Shown here piece after piece: positions 1 through 13,206 of a stretch of DNA of 64,000 nucleotides. Source of the DNA: the human T2T-CHM13v2.0 reference genome, Homo sapiens; the NCBI RefSeq assembly GCF_009914755.1, contig NC_060929.1; one strand, given 5' to 3'. Numbering within the stretch: the stretch's first letter is position 1; each line of letters begins with the position of its first letter. The position numbers were made by a program, and so were the translations under genes. The notes below the pieces were generated by a model, which was not told the DNA's origin, did not search any database, and worked only from the letters and a program-made list of their open reading frames with translations.

Positions 1-391
1 ATGTTATATATTTTTCACTTGTTGACACCTGTGGAATACTTGCTGGCCACATTCAATCACTCCTGGCTAAAGAGCATTGTATTGGAGTTGTTATTGACTA
101 CACATGTACACATCTGGCCAAAACTTCCATGGTGTCATGTACATTATTGGTAAAATATGTTGAACTTAAATATCATTTGCTTTTATATGAAACAATGATG
201 TTTAATGAACATTTAAAAGAATGTTCTTTAAAAGAAAGAATATTGTCCTACTTGTTGTCTGATAATCTTCCATTTAAGCCTTCTCATAAGATCAAGAAAG
301 CGTAAGTGTCAGCATACAGAATGAATGTCAGCAGCTTGGAGGAAAATCACCAAGATGATAGGAGAACAAATACTATTTTAAGAAGTGCTGT

Positions 392-691
392 GGGCGGGGC
401 CCGATGGCTCACGCCTAATCCCAGCACTTTGGGAGGCCGAGGTGGGTGGATCATGAGGTCAGGAGTTCAAGACCAGCCTGGCCAAGATGGTGAAACCCCT
501 TCTCTACTAAAAACACAAAAATTAGCTGGGCGTGGTGGCACACGCCTGTAATCCCAGCTACTCAGGAGGCTGAGCCAGAGAATTGCTTGAACCCAGGAGG
601 TGGAGGTTGCAGTGAGCCAAGATCATGCCACTCCATTCCAGCCTGGGCGACAGAGTGAGACTCTGTCTCAAAAAAAAAAAAAAAAAAAAAA
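392..691 (+). mobile_element. Alu SINE, AluSg-like, full length
   Basis: Dimeric Alu with A-rich linker and poly(A) tail; 'ggatcatgaggtcaggagttcaagaccagcctggccaagatgg' pattern; TSD aagaagtgctg at 380-390 and 692-702. Confidence 0.95.
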
Positions 692-2433
692 AAGAAGTGC
701 TGCATCACCAACTCTCCAGCTCAGAATGTATGGAATGTACAGACATTAATGACTCTGAGTCAAAGATAATGATTCAGAAGGGTTGGATTCCTAATATGAA
801 GAACTTTTAGCAATGTATTCTGTTTATATTTTCCATAAGAGCGTTATACAATTAAAATTTATGTCTAAATGAGTCTTATGAGATCTTTCAATAAGTTTTT
901 AACATTAAATGATAAACATTAGGCTATAATGTGATTGACAACATTTTTATTACTTAGTCATTATACAGTAATGTATCATACAATCAATAGATCTCAGGTC
1001 TTATGAAATATCAATAGAAGAGACATTTTGAGGCTGAAGAACTAGTTATGAAGCCTCAAATCTTGCCACATAGAGTATTTCCTGCTTCTCCCCTGGAACT
1101 AAATTAATTCTCTCTCCATGAAGATAGGCTTGGATTAGACCTAAGAGAGAGTGTTCTCAAAATCAAAATATGTGAATGACAAGATTAGGTATTGAGGGAC
1201 ATTGTGAGTTCTACAGCCTCTGAGATTTGCGGGACAAGCCTGCTAGGTTCTACCCATGTTTGTATGCACAGAGCACATGTGCTTTTAAACATATGCATTC
1301 TTCTGTGGAATGACTAGATAAGTTGGCCTTCTGTCCTTGTAATACAGGAGATGCAAAAAAAAAAAAAAAAAAAGCAAATAAAATAGTAAGAAATGGAACT
1401 TAGCTGATTGCCTGAATCCATATATCAGAAGCCTGTAAAGAGTAAGAAATAGTCAATTTGTATGATCTTTCTTCACTGATCAGGAAGAGATGTTCTTGAT
1501 CATAGATTAAAGTTGCTTTGGGCTTTATTTTAGAAAATAAGAAACATAAGCTATTTGCTTATGAACAGATACTGCTTTAGCAAAGCCTTTCCTGGGACCT
1601 ACTGAGCATTGCATTGAGGTGTATAAAATATGATTAGATAGCAGTATTTGCATACTTGGTTCGTAAATAGAGCAACATTCCTTATGTGTCTGGGTCTATA
1701 GGTCTTTGTATCAGCAGACGAAATAAATCCCCCAAAACAACAATAAGATTCACTTGTCTTTAAAAATCACTACAGAAAGATCTGGTCTCTCCAAGGTATC
1801 TTTGAAGAGTGCCTTGTCATGTTCATTTATCTAACTATAAGTTATAATGTCGAATGTCATGGCTAATAGACACTTTTCATTTAGTTCCTAATTTGGACTG
1901 TGTTGATTTGACCTTCTGTAGACTGATGAGACATTATTTCAAACCAACTAGTTTCAGAGAGCCATAAATACAGTTCAGGGCACAAGAATCACACTTCCAA
2001 CTCCAGTGCTATGTTTATACATTCTTCATTTCTCTGGGGCTGTTCTTTCTATCAAGAACATGTTTTCTTCTTGTCCTGACTACCCCATTTCTTCATTAGC
2101 AGTTCAGGCACTGTTTCCTCCAAGACACCTAACATAGCCCATTCACCTCAATAGTCCAGCTACATTAACATTGAATTATACGGTTGCCATAGTGTCGGAA
2201 CTGGGTACCTATGTTTATCCCAGAATGAATCACACCAACGAGGTACCTTTTACTAGACTTCCTCCCCCACTAGTAGTCTGTGGATAATTTGAAAGCAAAT
2301 GTGTTTGCGTGTACTCAGTACTAGAACAGTGCCTAAAATAAAGAACATCTCTCAATAAATGAAGAAACAGTTGAGAAATACATTTAAAATTATATTTATT
2401 CATGGATAAATTAATAAACTTTTTATATTGTTG

Positions 2434-2733
<300 letters not shown>

Positions 2734-3109
2734 TTTTTTTAAATAGCCTTTACTGGGATTTTATTGAAGTTTTCCTAAAAATACTTTTTCATAAGCTTGT
2801 ATTTTCTGATACTGGGGCTCCCCTTAAGTATTCTTGTGCTGACATGACTAAATAATATGAACAGCATCATTCCTCTAAAGAACAGGAGGAGACAACAAAG
2901 TGACTTTGGTAGGTGGCCTTTTTTTTTTTTGCTCTGTTTGTCCGTGTTTATACTGATTCTTTCTAATTATTAACCATTTCTTTAGAGATAATATTTGCCC
3001 ACCTGTTGTTGTTGTTTGAGTCCCCCATTTCTTTTTAATGATATAACTCCTTCAGCAAGCTTTCTTATTTTTTTTAATTCCACTCATTCTGCCGATCTTT
3101 TACCTCATG

Positions 3110-3560
3110 TGTATCAGTTAAGTTAAAAAAAGGTTTCCACTAAAAAAGAGGAAAAAGAAAACAGACAGCCCAACTCTAAGTAGCCAATCAATAGATTTAT
3201 TGGCTGATAACAGAAAAGAGCAGAGTTAAGGAGCTTCAGGGTGCGTTGACCCAGCCATCTATAATGTCACTGGGCAACCAGGTCCTTTTCCAACGTCTTT
3301 TCACGTTTTGGTTTTTCTGTCCATGTATTGGCTTTATCCTATGCTTGGCTTTACTTTGGCAGTGCATGAAATAGTGGACAGCAGCAATCAGGAATATGTG
3401 CTACCTTCTTCATGTTCAGCAGGAGAAAGTATGCAGTTCTTCTTTTGTTCTTAGAACAAGAAAAATTTCCCGAATGTCTTAAGAAACCTTCTCCTCATGT
3501 CTCCTTGCATTGGGCTAAGCCTCGTGTCCATTCTTGAGCCAATTCCTCTTCCACAAAATG
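3110..3560 (-). mobile_element. Old MaLR LTR (MLT1J/K/L-like), degraded
   Basis: Begins tgtatcagttaag; contains 'gatttattggct', 'ttggctttatcct', 'gtgtccattcttgagccaat', resembling MLT1 consensus blocks; boundaries approximate. Confidence 0.45.
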
Positions 3561-3829
3561 GGAAACAGGTAGGGTGGATGGTGAGGAGTAGCCACAGTGT
3601 CTATAAAAGCATATCTCCATCATTGTGCTGTATCTTTTCTTTACATGTTCTAGTGATAGCTCAAAACTAATATTCCCAAAATAGATCACCACCTTTCCCT
3701 TTAGAGTAAATCCAATTCCAAATTGCGTTTACATTTTCCTTATTATCTGCTCCATAAAACAAAGCATTACTTTTGATCCTGTCTCATTCACACCCCAAAC
3801 CTGATATAATATAGTGAGCAAAATACCTA

Positions 3830-4520
3830 GTTCATTCATTCAGCTACTATTTACGAAGCCTGTACTATATACTGGGCACTAGGTATATAATTGTATATAC
3901 AGCATAGTCAGGCGGGTTAGAAGTAAAACAATGGCATGCAATAATAGAAAAAAAAGTCTTGTTCCTTACAAACACTAAACAAACTTGCACATACTTATAG
4001 GGTTACAAATTCTGACAAATGCTCTGGAAGCAATATATAGGGTATTGTGAAAGATGGAGTCAAAATGAAGTTCCTATTAAATTGGGTGGATAAGCAAGAG
4101 TTCTCTGAAGAAGTGACAAGCTAAGTCCTGAAGAGCAGAAGGAGGCAGAGAGGCAGACAGGCAAAGAGAGAGGATGAACATTGCACACTGAGAATCACGT
4201 ACGATATAATCAAGGAACTGAAAGGATTCCAGCAAGAATGTGGTATAACACGACTCAAGAGAAGGGTGCTTCACAAAGAAAGGATTGATGACATGGTTCA
4301 ATGTTGCCAAGGGGTTGAATGAGATGAGGACTGAAGAGCAATTGTTGGATTTGGCAACATGGGTATCTTTTGAGGCCTGAGCTGGAGCAGTTTTAGTGGA
4401 GCGATGGGAACAGGAGCAAGATTGGAGTGATTTGAAAAATGATTGCAAGATGACAAAGTGGAGACATGATATGTACACAACTCTTTGAAGACGTTTTTCT
4501 CTGAAGTGTAATAGAGTAAC
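3830..4520 (-). mobile_element. L2 LINE relic (3' end plus reverse transcriptase fragment)
   Basis: 'ttcattcattca...actgggcactagg' L2 3' tail; minus ORF 4077-4478 peptide 'HRSTKTAPAQASKDTHVAKSNNCSSVLISFNPLATLNHVIN' resembles L2/CR1 RT 'HSTETALLKVTNDL..AKS.G..SVLILLDLSAAFDTVDH'. Confidence 0.75.
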
Positions 4521-4623
4521 GGTTGATGGCTGAGGAAGATTGCATCATAATGGAAGTGGATTGTTTATTTTTATTTTTCACTTATATTGAGATGAGACTA
4601 AAATTCTCACCTACACAGTCTAG

Positions 4624-5009
<386 letters not shown>

Positions 5010-5108
5010 TGTTTAGGTTTTCTAATTGATGTACCCCTAACTCATAGAAAAACTCCTGACACGTAGTAAATACTGATTAACCTTTGATGATGAAATAAAT
5101 GAGATATA

Positions 5109-5537
5109 CAGTTGACCTTTGAAGAACATGGGTTTGAACTGCATGGGTTACTTATACCTCGGTTTTCTTCCTCCTCTGCTGCCCCTAAGACAACAAGACC
5201 AACCCCTCCTGTTCCTCTTCTCCAGCCTACTCTATGAGAAGATGATGAGGATGAAGACCTTTATGATGATCCACTTTCACTTAATGAATAGTAAATATAT
5301 TTTCGCCTCTTTATGATTTCTTAAGGACATTTTATTTTCTCTTGCTTTATTGTAAGAATACAGTATGTAATATATATAACATACAAAATATGTCTTCATT
5401 AGCTACGTTACTGGCAAGGCTTCCAGTGAACAGTAGGCTATTTGTAGTTAAGTTTCTGGGGATTCAAAAGTAATACACAGACTTTCAACTGCATGGGGTC
5501 AGGGCCTCTAACTCCCATGCTGTTCAGTGGTCATCTG
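5109..5537 (+). mobile_element. Tigger2a (MER28) non-autonomous DNA transposon
   Basis: TA-flanked start cagttgacctttgaagaacatggg with degenerate inverted terminus cccatgctgttcagtggtcatctg; internal 'gaggatgaagacctttatgatgatccactt'; ~430 bp. Confidence 0.85.
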
Positions 5538-8029
5538 GACTAGATTATGTTTGTGTGTAGACGAAAAATATAAATCACAGAATAGGAGGCCAAAAACGCA
5601 AAATAGAATCTTTCAGAAGGAGTAGGGCTCAGATTCTGTGCGTATGTAAATGGTTTGACATTTAACAGCAGCTGGGACATGTTGAGGTTTTTTTTTTTCC
5701 CATTGAAATAAAAGAGTAGGAAAAGATGGGTGTAGACACAAAGGGCTTCTAGATTTGGGATAAAATTCGCATCTTACAGCTTCTAGAGATTCTTAAAGAG
5801 AATGAGGCAAGATTATCAGATGAAAGTAAGGAGGGGGTTGCCAGTGTTGCTGAGACTAGAGATGGAACATAATGAAGAAAGGTAGTTAAATTTCTGGGAA
5901 ATTTAAGGCAATGCATTGTGAATTACATCTATACTCTTTTGTCTGGTTGAATAATCCCTATCATTGTTTATCTGCACTGATGTAGTCTGAGGGTGAGTGG
6001 GGCCTCATGGCTGGTCAGGTTCCTGCAGGATTTTACCCTAGGAATTGCGGGTCATGGGAACTGAGGATATTTCGAAGGACATTATTTTAGTGGAGCAGGG
6101 AAGGGAAGTGAAGATTGGTGGGAGCCATGGGAAAAAAGAAAAACATGAGTCCTTGGAGATGAGCTCAAAGAATTGTTGTAGTGAGTTGATGGGCTGCGTG
6201 GTTGTATTCAAATGCTAGGCTATCTGAAGCTGTGATTTTGAAGGCTGCATTGCTAGTTTCACTTAGTCACCTCCTCTGGACAGGGCATATTTCTCTCAGT
6301 ATCCCTCCAAACTGCAGATTTGTCTCCATTTCCTCTGCCCCACCCTTTTTTGAGATCTTGTGATATTAATCAGTTGCAACATCCTCCTAACACATCTCCG
6401 TGCTTCTATATTTTCCCCTCTCCTCTTACCTTCTCCCTGATCCAATTTTATCTGCATTGATATCCAATTGATCTCAAAATAGTTTCTCCTTCACAAAGTA
6501 TCTCTGCCCACCTCCTTCATTCTGTGTCTAGGACAAGTCTAAAATCCTTAGATTGGCCTTCAAGGCTTTCTGTTATTTTGTCATACTTCATATATAGAAT
6601 TATTTTCCAGAAATCTTTGACAGGGGTCCATGTTGTACCCACACTGTCTCCTAATCTTTTGCCCCATGCCCTTGCCTGGGAAATCCTTCTTCTTCCTTTC
6701 TGTGAGTGAAAATCATTACTGTGATTTTAATCTAAATCTGTTCTATTATTATTTGCAGTTTACTAAAGATTAAGTCAAGTGTACCTTGTTTAGCCAAGAA
6801 CTTATGTCATCCTTTATGTGTTCTTCTAATGTTATGATGATTACATCAGAGGTCTTTACATTTAAGCTTAAAGATATTTCTCTTTTTACATCACATTTTA
6901 ATGGCAAATTATAATAATGATAATAACTATCATAATAGTGACAAACTCAATTGTCCAAATGTGGAAAAAACAATGTTTCTATGTAATTTACATACCACTT
7001 CATTTAACACGTGTTAACCTAACTCCCACACAGTGGAATATTAATTATATTTAAAGAAAAACAGGATGGCTATTTTGAGTATCTGGAAGCATCAACAATG
7101 TGGAAATGCAGTTTTACCATGTGAGCCACAAGCAGTTAAATGGCTGCGTTTTCCGATGTATTTGTCCCAGAAATATAGCTGTGTTCCTGAAGCAGCAGGA
7201 ATATTGTAGCTTTCCGTAAGTGTAGCCTCCAAGGAAGTGAGGAGGCCAAGAGGCCAGGTGTTCTAGGGAGAGCTTCGCCAGTGTTTGACATGTGGAGAGA
7301 AGCACATCTGAGAGAAGCCCAGGGCATTCTGAGTGGATAAAACGTTAGTCACTGTACCTCCGAGGGATAGGTGCTGGGCTTTTAGTGAGGCTGTGAGTGG
7401 TGTCTCTCAGTCTCCCAAGGGGTAGAGAGCCTTATTTCTAGGGGGAGTGTGGCACCTCATCACTTGGATGCACCCAGAGTGCCATCCTGTGGCCTAAATG
7501 AGCTGTGTTTGTGTGTAGTTGGACAGCCTGTGGTATTTTCAAGGAGTTTTATGAGAGCAAAAGTATAGTGGAAGTAAGATTTATCACGGCTTCTTCAAAG
7601 CATGACCAAAAGAAAAAAAAAACAAAATCAGAAAATGCAAAGGAACACCTTATAATTCCTGTCAAATTGGTTCCAATTATAATCCTCATCTAGCCCACTG
7701 CTGGTTCTATTCCGGTGTCTAATTCTTAGTTGCCATTTTAATTCCTCTGCTGGTTTCCATGGTTTCTTCCCCCTCCTTCCTCAAATGTACATTAGCAGTG
7801 ATGTTTGCTTTTGTCTTAATTTGAAAACAGGTTTTAAAATGCTAATATTTGTAATGTCAAGAGAGTAGGTAACTTGACTTAAGGAAATATGGCATTTCAT
7901 ACTTGGGCAAACGGCAAAGAAACTGCCTCCCAGACAAAGGGTGCACGGTAGCTCTTCCCACTAGCTAAAGTGTATAAAATCATAGTAAGGAAAATGTGGC
8001 ATAGTATTTTAGTTCCATTCCTTAAATCT

Positions 8030-8435
8030 AGGAAAGGTACAAGGAAACAGGTATTCTCATTTACTTCTAGAGGAAGCAGAAATGACACAAACTTTCTGGA
8101 TGACAACTTCAAAGTGTATATAACAAATATTTCAAATGTGCATATATGTTGACCCAGCCAGCCTTTTCTTTTTTTTTTTTTTAAGAAATGTATCCTCAGG
8201 AAATGAACAGAACAGTATACAAAGAATGCTATCTGTTTGTATTATTTACACTAACAATAATTTTTCAAAAACCTGATTATTGAGTATAGGACAATGGTTC
8301 AATAAGTTATGGAACATCAAACAATGGAAATGCTGAATGATCATTAAAATGATGTTATAGAAGAAAGGATATTTCCTGGCAGGGAAAGTATTCTCAATAT
8401 ATTCAGGCGCAAAAGCAAATTATAGAATAGTAATT
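8030..8435 (+). mobile_element. Old L1 (L1ME-like) 3' fragment
   Basis: 'aactttctgga...ttgacccagc...atcctcaggaaat...aataagttatggaacatc...caatggaa...aaaagcaaattatagaatag' matches L1ME 3' region pattern. Confidence 0.55.
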
Positions 8436-8949
8436 TGGGTCTTACAAATGACATATAAAGGAGTAAAGAATATCCCTACTTTCTTTCTAACTGGAGGTAG
8501 AAACTGGCAGAGAGACAGAGCCAGATACTGGAGATCAAACTAGCAGCTTCCTAATATTCTTTGTCAGCCCTTGAACTTCTACCCCTCCCACTAAACTGGG
8601 GTACTCAGTCACAGGTAGACACAGAAAATGACAGCCTCCATGCCATGGCTGGAGAGAATGCTTCCCTTGTTCATTTCCTTTTCCCATGGCTACCAGTGAG
8701 ATGAGTTACTCCTCCTCTCTTGGGAGTGAGTAACCAATGGGCTGGAAAGGGGTGGAGCTAGTTCCTGTGCCTTTCTCATCTGGGGATGGCAATTTCATCC
8801 TTTCTACGGCAAGAGAGGGACACAGACTTTCCCAAGTAATACTCTGCAGCTTTTGACTGCTTTTTAATTAGTTTAGAACTAAGAAGAAGAGAGGATTGTT
8901 ATCACTGCTACCTCTATAAACCCAAATAAATAAGTATAGTGGGCTACCG

Positions 8950-9180
8950 CATTTATGTATGTGTATGTGTGTGCATGTGTGTGCATGTATTACTACATAT
9001 ACATAAAATGGCCACAGGTATCATATACCTATGCAAAATGTTTTCTACAATGAGCATACACTGTTTTTATAAATTACATAGATATATGTCTGTATATATG
9101 TATATGTATATAAATATGAAAGAATCTATATGTATATGTTATGTATGTATTTACATACTGTAATATTTGTTATAGTATAT
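8950..9180. repeat. (TG)/(TA)-rich low-complexity tract
   Basis: Degenerate tgtatgtgtatg/tatatgta runs. Confidence 0.7.
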
Positions 9181-9739
9181 TTCTATAGTATTATATTAAA
9201 TTTTTATCTAAATGTCTGTATATTTAAAAGGAAAAATTTAGAAGATGTGATGACAACATTGACTTGATGCCTAACCGTATCCTCAAATTCTTTTGTGCCT
9301 TGAAAAAAGCAAGGGCAAGCTTTTGCAGTAGTTGGTGGGGAGCTGCCTGTTTCCCACAGATAAATGAGCAGTGAGAATTCTTCTGCTTGCCCATGTGTTT
9401 ATATGTTAGGGGGTAGTTTCATGTTGGTTGGCGCGGGGTGTGGATGGGAGGAGGAGGTGGAGGGCACTTTTGGGTAGGAATGGCCAATTGTGGGGAATGT
9501 GGTGCTTCATGTTCCCAGCTTCCCACAAAAGCCCCCCTACTAACATCGCGTTGGGTTCATCCACTTACCCGTCTATTCATCACCTCATCATTCATTTTGA
9601 CAAGTTTATAGCAAATTAGCAAACACCAGGATGGAAAGTATTAAAATACTTGTCCCTAACTTAAATGATTGAATAAAGCATAATTTCAGAGATGAACTAG
9701 TTATTAAAATATTATCAATAAAAGGATGTCAATAAATAC

Positions 9740-9965
9740 TTAATATTACATATTAGGCTGCATGCTAGACCCTTTACAAGCACTGCCTTATTTGATCCTC
9801 CCAAACAACAACGCAAGAGCTAAATGAATTCTGATGTGCTTTCTATAGATGAGAAAGCTCAGACACACAGAGCTTAAGGAACTGCTCAAGGTCATCCAGC
9901 AAGTAAGTGACAGGGCTGAATTCATACCTAAGCCATTTGACTCCTGAGTTCACGCTCTTTGCTAC
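9740..9965 (-). mobile_element. MIR SINE
   Basis: Core 'tatagatgagaaagctcagacacacagagcttaaggaactgctcaaggtcatccagcaagtaagtgacagggctgaattcatacc'. Confidence 0.75.
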
Positions 9966-11019
9966 CATCCCAAACAGCCTTTACAGCCTGATTCTTCTGA
10001 AAGTGACATTAATTAACTTTCTGAAGTCATCTTGCAGTTTTGAAATGGGAGGATACTTTTGTTTAATATCGAAGCCTTTTGGAGAAACATTATCAAAGTT
10101 TAAGGCTGTCAAATGAGTTTTATTAAAAATAATTAAAACAATATCCCAGTCATCAAGAACACATTTGTGTTGGAGGAAAAAAAAATAAATGATTGGTGCT
10201 TAAAATAGAAACCCCAAAGCAATATGGAATCACATAGCAAAATAAGATGAGGGTGCCAGCCTGCCTCCTCTGCTTCTTCTCCTCCCCTCCTGAATTTCAG
10301 TTTATCTTCTAGTTAAAAAGAACAAACCCCTGGGATAAATCATTTCTTTCTACATTGTTCCTTTCTGCTTTTTTGAATTTAAATTTGAAAATGTGAAGCC
10401 TGAGAAATCCTTGAATCTAGCTTTTTTAATATGAAATTTAATTTAGGGGATGGCATGGAAGAAGAGCTGTAGAACCTCTAATGGATTTTTTTTCTGAAGG
10501 AACATGAAATTAAATGTTGGTAATTATTTGATACGCTTCTAAATGTAGGCTCTAAATCCATCGTATCACAGGAACTTCCAGATGTACCAAGCATCAGTGT
10601 GACAACTGAAATGGTGAAATGCTTAAAAAAATGGTGAGAAACCTCATTTTCAAAACCAGATGACAGATACAAAAAGTTGGCAGTATGTCTAAAAGAAAAC
10701 ATAGCATGCAGAGGGAACTCTAAAAATACTGTAAACAAAAACTGAAAGGCAACTTGGAATTTCACTTCAGAAATGTTGTAGATTTTAAAATAGCACCAGT
10801 GGCTTATTTTCCCTTTTACGATGAAATTTGACGGATTTTTGCTGTAAGAGTTCTTTTTTGTTTAATACTTGTGCCAGTCTTTGTAAATTTGATTTGGGTT
10901 TATATGTATTTTTTATTATTCTAAGATTTAAACATGCTCTCTAAATGTGTTTCTGTATTATGTGAACGTGTTGAGCGTCCAAAATGTGAGTGTGCGTTGT
11001 GCTGATTCACTTCTAAGGG

Positions 11020-11205
11020 TAGTGGTTCTCAAACTCCACTGTGTGTTCAGAATCCCACGGAGGGTTCCAGAAAACACAGATTGCAGGCCCCGCCCCCAGA
11101 TTCTCTGATTCAGCATGTCTGGAGAGGGCCTGAGAATTTGTATTGCTAAGGATTTCCCAGGTGGTGTCCGTGCTGCCGATACTTGGACTACACTTTGAAA
11201 ACGCT
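11020..11205 (+). mobile_element. MER5A (hAT-Charlie) DNA transposon
   Basis: tagtggttctcaaact ... cactttgaaaacgct termini; internal 'ccccagattctctgattcagca'. Confidence 0.8.
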
Positions 11206-11429
11206 AGAGGAAGAAGCAGCTGAACATCCCCCGGGGGGTTCCATGACTTTTCGTGAATATCAGGGTCCATAAGTTTGAATTGATGCTGTGTGTGTGTGTT
11301 GGTGGCGGGGTGGCAAAGCAGACTTGCAAACAATTTCAGCATTGGCGGACTTAGCTGAACCCATAGAGTGATCAAATACATGAAAGAATTAGTAAATTAT
11401 GGATTTTGGAGGAAAGAAATTCAAAAGCC

Positions 11430-11482
11430 ATATATATGTGTGTATATATATATGTGTGCGTGTGTGTGTATATATATATATG
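11430..11482. repeat. Mixed (TA)/(TG) microsatellite
   Basis: tatatatgtgtgtatatatatatgtgtgcgtgtgtgtgtatatatatata. Confidence 0.8.
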
Positions 11483-12697
11483 AATGATATTTCAAAGTTC
11501 TTGACTGAAACATAAATTTGAAAATGCCCAATTTGTGTATACAATGTGTGCTAGAAGAAATGAACAACAAAAATGAAACTGCAGGCCCCCAAAAGAATTT
11601 CTGATTCTCCACTAATTTATAGTCCGCTGATCAGTAAAGAGTGAATAGGCCAATAAAAGGGAAATATCTGCATATCTCTGTAATTAATACTATGTCTAGG
11701 CAGCTTATACCCACCTTGTTAATTCTTGGCAAGATGACAGTGGGAAACCCAGCCAGCATCTTTTGAATGTGTATGATGCAATATATACTGGATAGAAGAG
11801 TTTTCAAAATTTACTGGAGTGCCTGTAAAATATATAGCCCCTTCATCCATATCTTTAGGTCATGTTCAAATTGAAACATTGTTGAAGTAAATCCAGGAAA
11901 AGAGCAAATGAAATACAAGGTATGAAGTACCAGTTCTATTGAGCTTGGAAGAATTCAGAAAAGGCTGCATATAAATAAGGAAGGGAGTGGTAAATTATGG
12001 CAGCTGGCTATGCCATTTAGCTAATGAACATTGCTGACATTTACAGAGCATTGTCTCACCTTTCACCAGTGCACATTTTTTCCCGTTCTTCTTTCCTTCT
12101 TTCCTTCCTTCTTTCCTTCCCCCTCTGTCTCTCACCTCCTCCTTACTTCTCTCATTCTGTCCTTATATTCGACAAGTATTTTTATCCACCTACTCTGTGC
12201 CAGGCACTGACTGTACTGGGTAGGTTTGGGGATGGTACGTTCATTTATTAAGATATATTGTCTCTTTACCTACATCAATCTTGTTGTCATTTAAGGAAGT
12301 TAGATATTAAGCACCTAATTTAAACTAGGAAAAATCCTATGAAGTAAGAGTGTGTGCTGTGAAAGGATATGATGGAGCAAGCGGTCCTATCAAGGAATCA
12401 AGACAGACTTCTAGGGATAAATGATGTTTGGACTCACTATGCCTTTATACTCACTAAGATGTAAACATCCTCTCTAAATGTGTTTCTCTATTGATAGACA
12501 GAAACTTTGCTTTGTCCACTCCTTATCCCCTGCCCCTAGAAGACTGCCTGGAACATTATAGACAATGCATATGTGTTGAATTCAGAATTCTGAGCTCTGA
12601 CTGTGAACAGGGCTAAGTAAACGATTAAATGGTAGTGGGGAGCCTTCCAGGAAGGCCATACATGATGTTTCTGTGCCCAAACATTAACTAAAGTGTA

Positions 12698-13206
12698 CAG
12701 ACCTTGGCTGTGCAATATGGTAGCCACTAGCCACATGTGGCCATTAGCACTTGCAATATGGCCGGTCCAAATGGAGATGTACACTTGTCAGATTCACAAC
12801 AGGTTTTGAAGACTTGGTAGGAATAAAAGATTAGCCAGCCATGGTGGTGAATGCCTGTAGTGTCAGCTACTCAGGAGGCTGAGTGGGGAGGATCACTTGA
12901 GCCCCAGAGATCAAAGCTGCAGTAAGCCGTGATACTGCCACTGCACTCCAGCCTGGGTGACACAGTGAGACCTTATCTCATAAAAAGACGAAAAAAACAG
13001 AAAAGCTTTAGTAGGTTAAAAGGATGTAAAATAGCTCATTAAAAAATATAACAATATTGAGTACATGTTGAAATAATTGTATTTTGAATCTATTGGGTAA
13101 AATATAGTATTGAAATTGATTTCACCTTTTTAAATTTTTTCACGTGGCTAGTAAAAATGTAACATAACATATGTGACTTATGTTATATTTGTATTGCACA
13201 CCACTG
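12698..13206 (+). mobile_element. MER33-like (hAT-Charlie) DNA transposon interrupted by a half-Alu
   Basis: 'caatatggtagccactagccacatgtggcc...ttttgaagacttggta' resumes after the Alu as 'atgtaaaatagctcatt...tacatgttgaaata...gtggctag...atatttgtattgcacaccactg'. Confidence 0.75.
12830..12998 (+). mobile_element. Alu right monomer (FRAM or 5'-truncated AluJ)
   Basis: 'ttagccagccatggtgg...ggaggatcacttgagccc...gagaccttatctca' followed by A-rich tail. Confidence 0.85.

Noticed and set aside
1356-1373. Isolated poly(A) run as the tail of a processed pseudogene
   Set aside because: No TSD, no upstream polyadenylation signal and no mRNA-like sequence recognised
9426-9465. G-rich tract as a possible G-quadruplex
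   Set aside because: Only three runs of three or more G in the core, with irregular loops; not distinguishable from background
10440-10960. Possible transposase-derived segment (ORF 10478-10765 and the opposite strand)
   Set aside because: No family motif or terminal inverted repeats recognisable by eye; needs a Dfam search
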